Source: Octopus sinensis
Lineage: Eukaryota
Direction: 5' to 3'
NCBI RefSeq assembly: GCF_006345805.1
Contig: NC_043005.1
Location: forward strand, 104,780,001-104,844,000
DNA: 64,000 bases
Shown here piece after piece: positions 38,288 to 51,703 of the stretch. A program made the position numbers and the translations under genes. Numbering within the stretch: position 1 is the first letter of the stretch; the number at the start of each line of letters is the position of its first letter. The notes below the pieces were generated by a model, which saw nothing but the letters and a program-made list of their open reading frames with translations, had not been told where the DNA came from and searched no databases.

Positions 38288-38329
<42 letters not shown>

Positions 38330-38431
38330 CGCACACACACACACATACACACACACTCACACACACACACACACACACACCACACACACCACACACGCAC
38401 ACACGCACACACACACACATACACACACACT

Positions 38432-38462
<31 letters not shown>

Positions 38463-38710
38463 ATACACACACAAATATCCAGGAAGAGAGAAAACTTTTA
38501 CGCCACTGATAAGCCATACATGCACTTACGTAACGAGACCAAATTAGGAAAATGTTAGGCGAAGCCACCTCCACCGCACTCAGTCATTACTCACCTCATA
38601 TATATATGTATGTATGTGTAGTGTGTGTGTGCTTGTGTGTGTGCACACAATTACACACATTTATATGCATACATATGCATATGTATGCATACATATCATA
38701 TATATATATG

Positions 38711-38788
<78 letters not shown>

Positions 38789-38861
38789 TATATAAACGCA
38801 GAAGGCTGATTCACTTAGTAAAACATTAAAGGGCAGCTTCCTTAAAATTTTCGTACCAGTG

Positions 38862-38893
<32 letters not shown>

Positions 38894-38912
38894 CTACGTA
38901 CATATATATGCA

Positions 38913-39006
<94 letters not shown>

Positions 39007-39020
39007 ATATCTATATATAT

Positions 39021-39052
<32 letters not shown>

Positions 39053-39086
39053 CTGTCTATTCTGTCTATCTATCTATCTATCTATC

Positions 39087-40272
39087 ATGACCGAACTGCA
39101 ATCGTGGATCAAAAAGAGGCCGAGGATGGGCGAATGTCACCGTGAAGGTCGCGTTGCTCTCAAACAACTCTACCGTCCTGGGTCAACCTTGAGTGACTCC
39201 ATCACAACCAAAGCATTCTGTAGGGGATTAGTGGAGGGGAGGTACGACGACGAGCTCGGGGCGAACCTGGACGTCGACGAGGAATACCTGACCCGCCTAT
39301 TCGGGACGACTTTCGGGCTAGGGCCCATGGACAACTTCCAGAGATCCCTGGCCTGGCAGTGCTACCGAGAAGCGCTACCCGTTCGGGATAAGCTCTACAG
39401 ACACGGCTCGAGAAACACGGGGCCGACCTGCCCGAGATGCGGTCAGGGCGACGAAACCGTTCTGCATGCACTCATGCAGTATCCAACAATTTCCGACCTG
39501 TGGGCTTATGTCGAACAACTGCTGTCACGTGTGGGACGAGTCGGTTTATCAGCTGAGTCTATCGTCAATATTGTCACGCCTCCTTCCTTCAAACGGGATG
39601 GAAGAGCTATTTTCATCATCCTTGTGGCTATGGCGAAAGAATGTATCTGGTGGACGCGTCTGAAAGGATTGGAGACAAACACTTTCCTCTCTGGTCAATC
39701 TCTCATCAACTTCTTCAAGTACCACTTGAAAAGGAAAGTGAGAGTACAGAGGCAAGTTTTGTCTAGCGAACGTTTTAAAAAAAGATGGGTGAATGTAGCA
39801 AGGATGGCACGTATGAATGACGAAGTCACCTAGAGCATAATCCTATGAACCCAGAAATTGAAAACAGAGGGTTACCCACTTGCAAACAAATGTGGTAACA
39901 TATAACAATATTGACCAAGGTTACCGTGGTCTTTTTCATAGGCTTTTCTTCCCACGGATAAACCTTACTTGCTTTCCCCTTTACACCATACATCATGACA
40001 CTGTGATACACGATCTCTATTGATCGTTCTTTTTTTCCTCTTCCCCTTTTTTCCTCTTTTTTCTTCTTTTTTCATTTTTCTTTTCTTTTGTTCCTTTTCC
40101 CTTTTTTCTTTTTTTTTCTTTTCGTTTTTTCTTCTTTTTTTGTTCTTTTTTCCCTTTTACGATCCCTTTTGATCGAAAACCTACGCTACCTTTTTTTTCT
40201 CCCCCAAAAGAAAAGCTCTACCTTGTAACTTGTCCCATCTGTGTGCAGCCCTGTGTGGCCAATAAAGAAACT
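39087..40272 (+). mobile_element. Tx1-clade LINE, 5'-truncated, ORF2 C-terminus open for ~248 codons
   Basis: 39087-39833 reads MTELQSWIKKRPR...FQRSLAWQCYREALPVRDKL...CPRCGQGDETVLHALMQY...RMNDEVT*. AATAAA at 40261-40266; TATC repeats at both junctions. Confidence 0.93.
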
Positions 40273-40562
40273 TATCTATCTATCTATCTGTCCATGTATC
40301 TATCGATATATATATATATATATGTATATATACACGCGCGCACATATACGTATATAAATAAACACTTAAACCCACACACGTATAATTATCTAGTGACCAA
40401 GCCATATTGCTATTTATAATTATATATGTCTATCTGTAATGAGCCAACTAACTGCTGTATCTGTCAGTCTACACGTCTGCCTGTCTGTATCTATCTCTGT
40501 CGCCCTCCTCTGTGTGTGCGTGCGCGTGCGCGCACGCGTATGTATATGTGTGAGAGTGTATA

Positions 40563-41340
40563 CACCAGGGTTGGACAACATAATGGAAACACCTTAAAAT
40601 TTCAAACAAATTTATTTTAAATATGGGGTAGGACTGCCTTTGGCAATAATTACAGCTTGAATTCTACGAGGTATGGACTCATACAAAGTTTGAATCATTT
40701 CCAAAGGAATTTTTGTCCATTCTTCAGCTAAAATAGTCTCCAATTCTTGTTGTGATGATGGTGGAGGATATCGACTCTTTACTTGTTTTTCTAAAATGCA
40801 CCATAAATGTTCAATAATATTGAGATCTGGGGACTGTGGTGGCCAGATAAGTTGATCAGCTTCACTAGAATGTTCCTCGTGCCATTCAGTAACAAATCTA
40901 GTAGTGTGAATTGGTGCATAATCACCCTGAAAGACTACGTTTCTCTCCGGAAACAGTTCCACAACCATAGAATGAATTTGATCAGATAAAATGCATAGCC
41001 TTGACTCTCAATTCTGCCACGAAGGGAAACCACTGGGCCTGCGGATTTCCAAAATATAGCCCCACCCCCCAGATCATCACAGATTCTCCCCATGTTTAAC
41101 AGTTGGAAGAAGGCAGTCTGGGTCAAAAGCTTCTTTTGACTGTCTCCCCACGTATACTCGGCCGGTGGTCGGAAATAAGGTATAGGATAACTCGTCCGAG
41201 AAAATAACATTCCTCCACTGCTCTAGGGACCAATTATGTAGGTTTTTACTCCACTCTGAACGCTTTGCAACGTTTGCTTTTGAAAGTAGTGGTTTTCTGA
41301 TTGCAACCCTCCCGAGAAATCCGGTTAAAAATGATAATGT
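40563..41340 (-). mobile_element. Tc1-family transposon, 3' half with one TIR
   Basis: VIFSDE, VFQGDYAPIH and WPPQSPDLNIIEHLW (DDE catalytic motifs) in frameshifted ORFs 41077-41376 and 40612-40968. TA at 40561-40562 is followed by CACCAGGGTTGGACAACATAATGGAAACACC. Confidence 0.9.
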
Positions 41341-41393
41341 AGCAAATAATATTTTAAGTGTCTTCTTAGGGAACAATACAATTTATATATATA

Positions 41394-42663
41394 TTGGATC
41401 ATCCCATAAATAATGCGGTTTTTTATACTTCTTTTATTTTTCAAAATTAAGATAAACAAAGTTCATTTTTAATCCAAAATACACTCACCTTCGTTTTCTA
41501 CAATGCTCTTCCACTTATCTGGTAGACTTGCAAGGCCCCTCTTCCAAAGTTCACTTGTCGATGACGAAAAATTCTCCTGTAGTACATATCTGGCGATATG
41601 GTGGGTGGAGCATCATTTCCCATTTCAGGCTTGCGTCAGTTTTGTCCCCCAAATGATTCTGTAAACTACGAAACAAATGGTAGTCTGAAGGAGCAAGGTC
41701 GGGAAAATAAGGTAGATGAGGAATTTTTTCCCAACCAAGCTCTGCGATCTTCTGTGATGTGATCTTTGCAGTGTGGACTCGCGCATTGTCCTGATGAAAC
41801 ATCACTCCTTTTCGATTCACTAAAGCGGGTCTTTTTTTTCTTCAAAGCTTGGTTCAAACGCTCTAATTGCTTACAGTAGACTTGAGCATTGATTGTGGTA
41901 TTAAGTGGTAAGAATTCAAAGTGAATTACTCCTTTGCAATCTCACCAGATAGAGAGAAAAAACTTTTTTCCATGAAGTTCCCTTCTTGGTTGTGGATGAC
42001 CTTTTTCCCTTTTACCAAGCCACTTTTTACGACGTTTAACATTTCGATAGAAGATCCATTTTTCGTCACCAGTCATAAGTCTATCCAAAATGGGGGAAAT
42101 GAGTTCGTGAGAATGGAGAGAAGAGCAGATGTCACCTCGGGATTTGCGGTTGCTTTTGGACAATTCATGAGGCACCCATTTTCCAAGCTTAGGAACCTTT
42201 CCAAGTTGTTGAAGATGACGAAGAAACAGTTGTATGGTTTGAATTAAGCTTTATTGCCAATTCTTCAACTGATAAGGCAGGGTTTTCTTCATGTAATACC
42301 TCAAGGACCTTACCATCAAACTCAATTGGACGTCCTGTTCGATCTTCATCTTCTGAATTTTGCAAACCATCTTCTACAAGTTCTTTCGTTCAAACATTCT
42401 TTCCCATAAACTGAGTGTATGCTTCGAGTCGCTTCTGCTGCAGAGTTTCCTTTTTTGTACTCATAAAGCATTATGTAAATGCTCTTTGGATACTTCCATG
42501 TTAAAAAGGTTTTTAATCAAAGAAAATTTTAATTCTATTATTCCGTAAAATAATGTTTAATTAGTTTAAATGTACACGAATGCATAAAAATAATTTTAAA
42601 ATTATTAAATTTCATTCAATTTTGAAAAAGATAAAATCGGACAGAACTTATGGGATAACCTGA
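41394..42663 (-). mobile_element. Full-length decayed mariner (DD34D) element, 1270 bp, TA target duplication
   Basis: ATG at 42499 (MEVSKEHL...YEYKKGNSAAEA); LMTGDEKWIFY; VMFHQDNARVH; HLPYFPDLAPSDYHLFRSLQNHL. Imperfect TIRs TTGGATCATCCCATAA / TCAGGTTATCCCATAA with TA on both sides. Confidence 0.92.
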
Positions 42664-42944
42664 TACATAGTATTCATACTTCAGTGGATTCTTACTTCAG
42701 TTTTGATTCTTGGACAGGTTAATGCCTTGTGTTCTTAAGCAAAAGACTTGGTCTCACACTGTTCCAGTCTACGCAGCTGACGAAATTGAGTAATCCTCGC
42801 TACAGAATCCGGGAAAAACTGCCTTTTGATCCTTTTGTTTCCTACTTTAGGCCACCAACATTTTTCATGCTCCATACTTATTGATGCAGAAATATGCATA
42901 CGTGTGTGTGCGTGTTTGTATGTAAATATATATATATATATTAT

Positions 42945-43502
42945 CACTATGTCAGGTCACTTTCGAGTGCTACTGGTAACATGTAACTCAGTACTACCCG
43001 TTGCATGGTCGGGTCGTCGGCGACTAAACCGGCAACCCCACCAAGCTCGCTTGATGAGGAGGGTGTTTATTGGTCACCCTGTGGGATGAAAAACAAAACC
43101 CGTCAAAGAGCGGAGGAACTCTTGAGAGTCAACGGCCATCCAATAAATGTCTTAAGGCTGGATCATGCGCAGGGACATAGAAATAATCGGACTGAATACC
43201 CGATCACGCTGTTAAACCATTGGGAGTGAAGGACTCCTAGCCTTTGTTAGGGCATCCTTCTAGGAGAAGTTATCTCAGGTAATTGGGATAACTCCGACAT
43301 AAAACCTGCGGCTCAGTGGTTACTGATGATGTTGACTTGTTCTTCTTTTCGGATTGTGGCTGCTGTTGCTTAGTGAGTGGGATTGACTCAGTGCACAGCC
43401 TTTCCTCACTTAAAAAAAATCTTCTTGCACAGGCATTGCACGATAACAACATTGATTAAGCTCCGTGCAATGGCCATACTCGATAACGAGGGGGAAGCCA
43501 CC
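42945..43502 (+). mobile_element. Interspersed repeat resembling an RTE-clade LINE 5' UTR
   Basis: GC-richer non-coding block with CTAAACCGGCAACCCC, CTAGGAGAAG and AAAACCTGCGGCTCAGTGG motifs recalled from RTE 5' UTRs; stops at (TA)n with no ORF. Confidence 0.4.
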
Positions 43503-43517
43503 ATATATATATATATA

Positions 43518-43686
43518 TTACTTGTTTCAGTATTTTGAGATCGGCTATGCAGGACCACCACCTTTAGTAGAGCAAATCGACACCAGGACTTATTCTTTGT
43601 AGGCCTAGTACTTATTCTATCGTTCTATTTTGCTGAACCTCTAATTTACGGGGACGTATACACACTAACATCGGTTGGAGGGGGAT

Positions 43687-43690
<4 letters not shown>
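43518..43690 (-). mobile_element. Family A-related SINE tail
   Basis: TACTTGTTTCAGT...GACTTATTCTTTGTAGGCCTAGTACTTATTCTATCG. Confidence 0.75.
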
Positions 43691-43722
<32 letters not shown>

Positions 43723-43785
43723 ATATGTATGTATATATCTATGTGAGTGCTTATGTGTGTGTATATATATATATATGTGAGTGTA

Positions 43786-43835
<50 letters not shown>

Positions 43836-44625
43836 AATGTATGTATGTATGTATGTATGAATGTATGTATGTATGTATGTATGTATGTATGTGTGTGTGT
43901 CTATATGAGTTAGAGGTTAAGCAACCATCTAAGGGATAATAAATATCCAATACACTACTGGATGTATACCTACGTATTTATATCCAAGTGCTTACGATTG
44001 CAGTGCAGTATTGCAATTGAATAATTTGTATGAGTAGGAGTAAAGCAGAAATTTACCCACAATTTATAAGACAAATAAGAAAATGGAGAGGATAATCAAT
44101 CGAAAGACATCAGCCTGTAAACATTCATTTGGCTCTATTTATTAATTAATTACAATCATATGTATAAGTAATCAAAATAAACAAACAAATAAACAATGAA
44201 TAAAAATAAATAAATAAATGAATAAATAAAAGAACAAATGAGTGAGAAAATAGTAAACTCTTACAACTGTTTCTACTTTGGAGGTTTCCAACTTACCCAG
44301 TTTTCCAAATTGTACCAGTAATATACAGGGAGTGTACAAAAGTTGAACAAACATTGGACAAGAGTTGGACAACAGTTCAGCCCCAAAACTTCATCAGAGA
44401 GACCATAATGTTAGGAAGCTAATATGTGATGCAGTAAGATAAAATAATAAAATAGAATAAGTAAATAAAAAAAAATAGTAAGGAATGGTAAAAAACCTCA
44501 ATTCCAAAGTAATATCCATAAGTTATGGGATTACATCTTATGGTAAGGAAATTCACTTCCATAAGAAATTTCCATAGGTTATGAGAGTTATATCCTATTT
44601 CAAATTACTAGGGAAAATACTAATG

Positions 44626-45102
44626 GTAAGACGCTGTGGACGTTGGGTCAAGAGAGTGGCTGCTGAAAGACCCAATGTCTGGTAACAGGACTCTGCACGA
44701 AGCCACACAATCAGGAGAAGCCAGTCATGGCTGTCAGGCAATTTCTGTGACCACATCACTTCTAACATCTGGCCACCGATCTTCCCAGACTGCAAACCCC
44801 TTGATTATTATGTTTGGGGCTCAGTTGAGCGATAGACCAACAAAACTCCTTGTTACACCAAAGATAAACTGAAGGCAAGGATTATGACAGCATTCACCAA
44901 CTTAAAAAAGGATACTGTCCAGAAGAGTTGCAGGAAATTCCGACGTCATCTGGAATCCTTGGTTGAAGCCAATGGCGAGTTTATTTAATGAATTTCCTCT
45001 TTAGTATTTCAAGACATTTTTATGTAATTTTGGTAAATATATGTTAGAATGATATGTTAAGTGTTATTTTCTTTTAGACGACAGTTTATTCACCGCACCC
45101 TG
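44626..45102 (+). mobile_element. DD37D (maT-type) Tc1/mariner transposon, 3' fragment with TIR
   Basis: W*QDSARSHT...WPPIFPDCKPLDYYVWG has 37 residues between the second and third D; ends ...LVEANGEFI*; terminus CACCGCACCCTG followed by TA at 45103-45104. Confidence 0.8.
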
Positions 45103-45104
45103 TA

Positions 45105-45142
<38 letters not shown>

Positions 45143-45145
45143 ATA

Positions 45146-45207
<62 letters not shown>

Positions 45208-45599
45208 TATGTGTGTGTGTGTGTATAATATATATATATATATACATACTAGCACACAGTTATTTTTAATGTAGCCCTATATATATGTTTTAATGCGTGT
45301 AATTATATGTTCATTTATGCATGTATATAGAAATATACGTAACCACACATACGCCGCATACACCACCACACATACACACGCGCGCACACAGACACAGATA
45401 CACACACATACATACAAACAACTTGACAGACAAACAGACAGACATCGCTATGCAATTATGTGAATCATTGCCATAAATATCACGAATCCCAGCCTCCACC
45501 CATCCTCCTCCTAATCCTCCTTTTCCTCCCACCGTTAACCTTGATGTTGCTTGATCTCAATTGAAAATCCAATAGCGGTTTCGATGATTTTCATTAATC

Positions 45600-46780
45600 T
45601 CCGCACCACCACCACCACCACCACCACCACCACCACCTTCATCATCATCATCATCATCGTCGTCGTCAGCAGCAGCAGCAGCAATAACAGCAGCAGCAGC
45701 AGCAACAGCAGCAACAGGAGTAGTATCAATAACAACGGTAACAACAATAGCAACGGTGGATATAAAAACAAAGGCCACGACGATGGCAGTTGTTGCATCG
45801 AGAAAGAGTAACAATACTAACCTCGCCACCACCACCACCACCACCACCACCACACACACACCACCACCACCATCACCACCACTACCACCACCACTACAAC
45901 CACCACCACCACTACCACCACCACCACCACCACCACACACCACCACCACCACCACCACCACACACCACCACCACCACCACCACAACCACCACCACCACCA
46001 CACACCACCACCACCACTACAACCGCCACCACCGCCGCCGCTACCGCCACCACCACCACCACCAACAACAACAACAATTACGAGGGTAGCATCAACAACA
46101 AGCAGGTCAGCAATAGCAATACTAAAACGAGTGTAACAAGACCAACAACATCATCAACAACAACAACAACACTTGCAACTTGTAGTAAGACGAAAACCGT
46201 CAACAGTGTAACAACCACAGCAATAATAATATTAATAATAATAATAATAATAATAATAACGGAAGCATCTACAACCATCATAAGACAGACGTTAGCAAAA
46301 AACAACAAAATTAATAACATAAACAACGCCAAAAACAATAACAACAGTCATAATAGACAGTCATAATGGCAATATGGATATCAACAATATCAATTACATT
46401 GAAATCAGTATCCACAATAATAACATGAAGGTCACTCGGAACAACAACAAAAGTAATGGTAGGAGTAACAGCAAAGTCAACAACAACAACAACAATAATA
46501 ACAACAACAACAACAACGGCAGTAATAACAGCAACAGTTATAATGACAGTATGAATAGCATCTTTAATAACAAGGTCAAAAAACAATAACTTCATAATAA
46601 CTACAATAACAACAACGAAAGCAATAATAGCGGCTGCTGTAATGATAAAATGAATAACAACAGTATTATATGTTGTGCGAAGGTCAATAACAATAAACAC
46701 AACAACAACTATAATAAATGCAACAAATGATAGTTGTAATGATAATACTGTCGGTGACTTAAGCAGAATTTAGGTAATGT
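45600..46780. repeat. (CAC)n, (CAG)n, (CAA)n and (AAT)n low-complexity tract
   Basis: Direct reading; the poly-P/H/T/N ORFs are artefacts. Confidence 0.95.
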
Positions 46781-47104
46781 GGCTGCTACTTTATTTTATC
46801 GACCCTTGAAAAAGTTGACAGGCAAAAAGGTCCTTCTCGGCGGGATTTGGAATCAAAATGGAAGCAACTAGAAAAAATACTGCCAAGGATGTCCGCTGCT
46901 CTGACGAGCAACAACAAACAATATTGGGTCAATAGCAAGAATCACAATCATTAGTATCAAGGTGAATAACAAACATAAACACCAACAACAATGGCAATAA
47001 CAACGGCAGTAACAGCTTAAACCCCAGCAACAACAAGAAAAACAACAACACTACGTACAAATTGTAGCTGGATATAATGTAAAGGCCAATGGATAACCCT
47101 TTTT

Positions 47105-47495
47105 TACAAAAAGTAAAAAGCCTGAAATTTTAGGGAGAGGGATAGTCGATTATTCGACTCCAGTGTGTCAATGGTGCTTAATTTATCGAACCCGAAAGGA
47201 AGAAAGGAAAAGTCGACCTCGGTGGAATTTGAACTCGGAACATGGAGGCGGACGAAATATCTATTTCTTTACTACCCACAAGGGGCTAAACATAGAGAGG
47301 ACAAACAAGGACAGACAAACGGATTAAGTCGATTATATCGAACCCAGTGCGTAACTGGTACTTAATTTATCGACCCCGAAAGGATGAAAGGCAAAGTCGA
47401 CCTCGGCGGAATCTGAACTCAGAACGTAATGGCAGGCGAAATACCGCTAAGCATTTCGCCCGGAGTGCTACCGATTCTGCCAGCTCGCCGCCTTT
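47105..47495 (-). mobile_element. SINE family B, dimer (184-bp period)
   Basis: CGAAA markers at 47253 and 47437. Confidence 0.9.
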
Positions 47496-47575
47496 ACAAG
47501 GTCAGTAAATGATGAAAGAATAACAAATTTTCCGATTCAAAATTCTATTGACACACAACCAACAAATAAAGCAAC

Positions 47576-47815
<240 letters not shown>

Positions 47816-48065
47816 CGCCACCATCACCGTTGTTATTAAAGCTAAGCTTCCTCGTCACTACGCACAAACCCGTAAGTATGCTGAACACATTTTGAAAGCT
47901 CCTCACCCCAGAACTCGAGTATTACGGATCCCTTAAACTTTTATTTCTCTCACTCGGCTCAGACAAATATTAAAAAAAACAATCCCACTTACATGAGTAG
48001 CTGCAGGTTGAATAATTAATCTCATTAGCCCTGTAAATACTGCGATACACATCGCTAATGGTTGT

Positions 48066-49048
48066 GTAAAGGAATGAACAGAAATTGCCACACCCACGTC
48101 TGGTGTGGCCACCAACAGAATGCACAAGTAACCCACCATATAGTAATTAGCTCCGCTAGAAATAGTAGTTAAATGATATTAAATTACTTTTAATCACAAC
48201 CTTAAAAATAGAAAGGATATGCTGTGCAGTATAGTTTCTGATATGCAAAAAGGCAGGATGGTAACAATTGGAACGTCTTTACTCATAATGATTAGTTAAT
48301 CAGAGTTGAGCAGGCGTTAACCACCACCACCACCACCACCACCACCACCACCACCACCACCACCACCATCAACAACAACAGACGTTCAAGAATTTGGACC
48401 TGGAGATCTCCATTTCCAGCAACTTCGAGGGCCACCTCCTAGTGGTGTCGGGCGTCAACGAAGAGCCCTCGACTACAACAAGACAACCAAAGTTTTTTTT
48501 TTCAAGGTCTGGGGTCTCCCGCCCCTAAGCCCTAGACCATCACCTAATCACCCTTACTCGTCTTCTTGCTTAACAACAACAACAGTCATACAGAAATAGA
48601 ATGGACTGTAGTGTGAATATATGTCCAGACCGAAACTCTGTCGTTCGACATTGCCTGTGTGAAAGTACCATATGCTTCCGAACCAGACGGAAGTATGACA
48701 TCTGGAACCATGAATTTGTGTGACCCTCCAAGTGTGTTTCAAACCCGTTCGATGAGTATTGTCTCTGGGCTGAGACGACAGCACTAACAACAAGTAACGT
48801 TACTGGACACTGGACGCTTAGATTATATCATATCATGATTTCTTTAACTCATTACCTCCGCGACAGACCTTCACCAACTCAGAACTGCACAGCATATCCT
48901 TTCTATTTTTAAGGTTGTGATTAAAAGTAATTTAATATCATTTAACTACTATTTCTAGCGGAGCTAATTACTATATGGTGGGTTACTTGTGCATTCTGCT
49001 GGTGGCCACACCAGACGTGGGTTTGGCAATTTCTGTTCATTCCTTTAC
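48066..49048. repeat. Local inverted duplication, 165-bp arms (163/165 identical), 653-bp spacer
   Basis: 48066-48230 versus 48884-49048. Confidence 0.95.
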
Positions 49049-49089
49049 TTCCCTTTTTTTCAAAAACTAATTGTATTGCCGCATCTTTT

Positions 49090-49600
49090 TCTTTCACTCG
49101 TTTCAGTCACTCGACTGTGGCCATACTGGAGTACTACCTTGAAGGATTTAATCAAACTAATTAATGCCAGTACTTATTTTTTAAACGCCCGGTACTTATC
49201 CTATTGGTCACTTTTTACCGAGTTACAACGTTACGCAGATATAAATAAACCAACAGCGGCTGTGTTGCGCTGGTGGGGAACAAACACAAACACAAAGACA
49301 CACACACACTCTCTCTCTCTCTCTTTCTTTTTCCCGCTCTCTCACTTTCTCTCTCTTTATTTCTCTCTCTTTCTCTATCTCTCTTTATTTCTCTCTTTTT
49401 CTCTCTCTCTCTCTAGCGCTCTCTCTCTCTCTCACATGTCGAACTTCTTCCAGTTTCTGTTTGCTAAATTCACTCGCAAAGTTTTGGTCTGTCCGGTGCT
49501 GCAGTAGAAAACACCAGCCTAAGATTCCACGCAGCTGGATTGAACCTAGCACTGTGTGTCTGGGAAGCAAACTTCTTACCACACAGCCACGCCTACACCT
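49090..49600 (-). mobile_element. Family A-related SINE with internal (CT)n
   Basis: Tail TTTCAGTCACTCGACTGTGGCCATACTGGAG and head GCTGGATTGAACC...TTCTTACCACACAGCCACGCCT. Confidence 0.8.
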
Positions 49601-49940
49601 ATATGTTGATGACATCACACCTATTTCTACTGACAGCTCATTAGACAGAGACAGGCACCAACTACATTAATGCATCCGCTAATAATCAATAATTAGTACT
49701 AATTATTATTTTTTAATTGCTGACAGTATCATCGAATCCATCTGTCATCAACAATATTTTAACAAAGTCCCAAACTCAGGAATCCTCAAATTTGGAGATT
49801 AAAGGTCAAACAAAACCATTTAGGTAATAATGTTAGAATAACTTGTGTTTTGAATGATAAATTACCCATTCGTCATATCCTGGTGTGCGATATTATGGAG
49901 TACTACGCTGCTATACCATCTGCAATATTGTAATGTCTGT

Positions 49941-50330
49941 AAGACGGCGAGCTGGCAGAATCGTTAGCACGCCGGGCGAAATGCTTAGCGGTATTTCGCC
50001 TGCCGCTACGTTCTGAGTTCAAATTCCGCCGAGGTCGACTTTGCCTTTCATCCTATCGGAGTCGATTAAAATAAGTACCAGTTACGCACTGGGGTCGATA
50101 TAATCGACTTTATCCGTTTGTCCTCTCTGTGTTTAGCCCCTTGTGTGTTGTAAAGAAATAGGTATTTCGTCTGTCTTTATGTTTTGAGTTCAAATTCCGT
50201 TGAGGTCGACTTTGCCTCTCATCCTTTCGGGGTCGACAAATTAAGTACCAGTTGCATACTGAGGTCGATCTAATCGACTGGCCCCCTTCCCAAAAATTTC
50301 GGGCCTTGTGCCCAGAGTAGAAAAGAATAT
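49941..50330 (+). mobile_element. SINE family B, dimer (171-bp period; 13-bp deletion)
   Basis: TTTCG markers at 49994 and 50165. Confidence 0.9.
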
Positions 50331-51069
50331 TTTAATGTGTGGGTGTGCGCACGCGCTTCTAAGTGTGTATGTTATATTCCATAAAATGTCTGTTTACCTA
50401 TATTTAAGCTGTCTGTTTAGAATAGAATTCAAAGATAATGAAAAAAATTGTCTTCATGCTGTCTTTATATATCTACATAAAGTCAATTATTTTTATTTTA
50501 ATATACGCAAGAACATGTTCGTCGCATAATCATAGTTTAGTCATCGCTAAAATTAAATTGAATCTAAATTCACTTCCATGAAATTATTTACAATAATACA
50601 GCAATGATACTATATAACAATAATAATCCTGAGAGAAGTTTAATATTTGAACCTTTCTTAATTTCATTCACTGACTTGAACATTGGATGAAAAAAGCCAA
50701 ATTACATATTTTTTAAATTATCGTGTTCCATATCATCATCAGAGTGTCTAGACAACCGACTGTAGAGCATTAACACTGCATGACAGCAAATATCACGTGA
50801 TGAACACTATATATAAATGATGTCTACAAGCTATGACGTAGATATAAGTTTTGCTAGATATTGCAGTCAAATATCCTTGAAATCAATCTTTTCTGTTTCC
50901 CTTTAAAGGGATAATGTAGCCGAGACTATCATTGATGAAAATATAGGATTGTCATGTAAGGAGTGGCTTTAGTCGTAGGTCTGCTTAATCAGAGCTTGAC
51001 TTTGAACTAAACAAGAACAATACTTCTACCAATTGAAAAAAATTAATGCAAAAATATAACACACACACA

Positions 51070-51166
<97 letters not shown>

Positions 51167-51514
51167 CCAAATAGTTAGACATATCCATTGTTACAAAAAT
51201 TCTATGTTGTGTTGCAAGTTGCCTTCGGCAAATTTCAAGGAACTGCTACTACTACTACTACTACTACTGCTATAAATAAAAACTGCTTTTGATTCAGAAA
51301 CAAGCCGAAGAGGAGGTTAGTCAACATTATCGACCCTAGTACTCCTCTGGTACTTCATTTCATCGCATCCTTGAAGAACCGTAGGGTTAACCTGTGAGGG
51401 ATATGAACTCAGTTTTTAAAAATACAGAAGGAATACCGCCATTTAGTCGCACACTCTAACGCTTCCACCAGCTCGTCGATTTACCTACAGTTAAGTTCCT
51501 ATTATTAGACACAA

Positions 51515-51703
51515 GGCCCGAAACTTGTGGGAGAGCCAATTTACCACATCAACCCCAGTGCTCAACTGGTGCTTATTTTATCAATCTCGACAGGATGAAA
51601 GGCAAAGTCGGCTTCGCAGGAAATTGTACTTAGAACGTAAAGACAAATGAAATTCCACTAAGCATTTTGTCCGGTATACTTACGATTCTGCCAGCTCGCC
51701 GCC
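51515..51703 (-). mobile_element. SINE family B, single decayed unit
   Basis: GGATGAAAGGCAAAGTCG...CTAAGCATTT...ACGATTCTGCCAGCTCGCCGCC. Confidence 0.8.

Noticed and set aside
38859-39086. N-terminal part of the 324-aa ORF
   Set aside because: Open only because (TG)n, (TATC)n and (TA)n lack stops in this frame; LINE homology starts at 39087.
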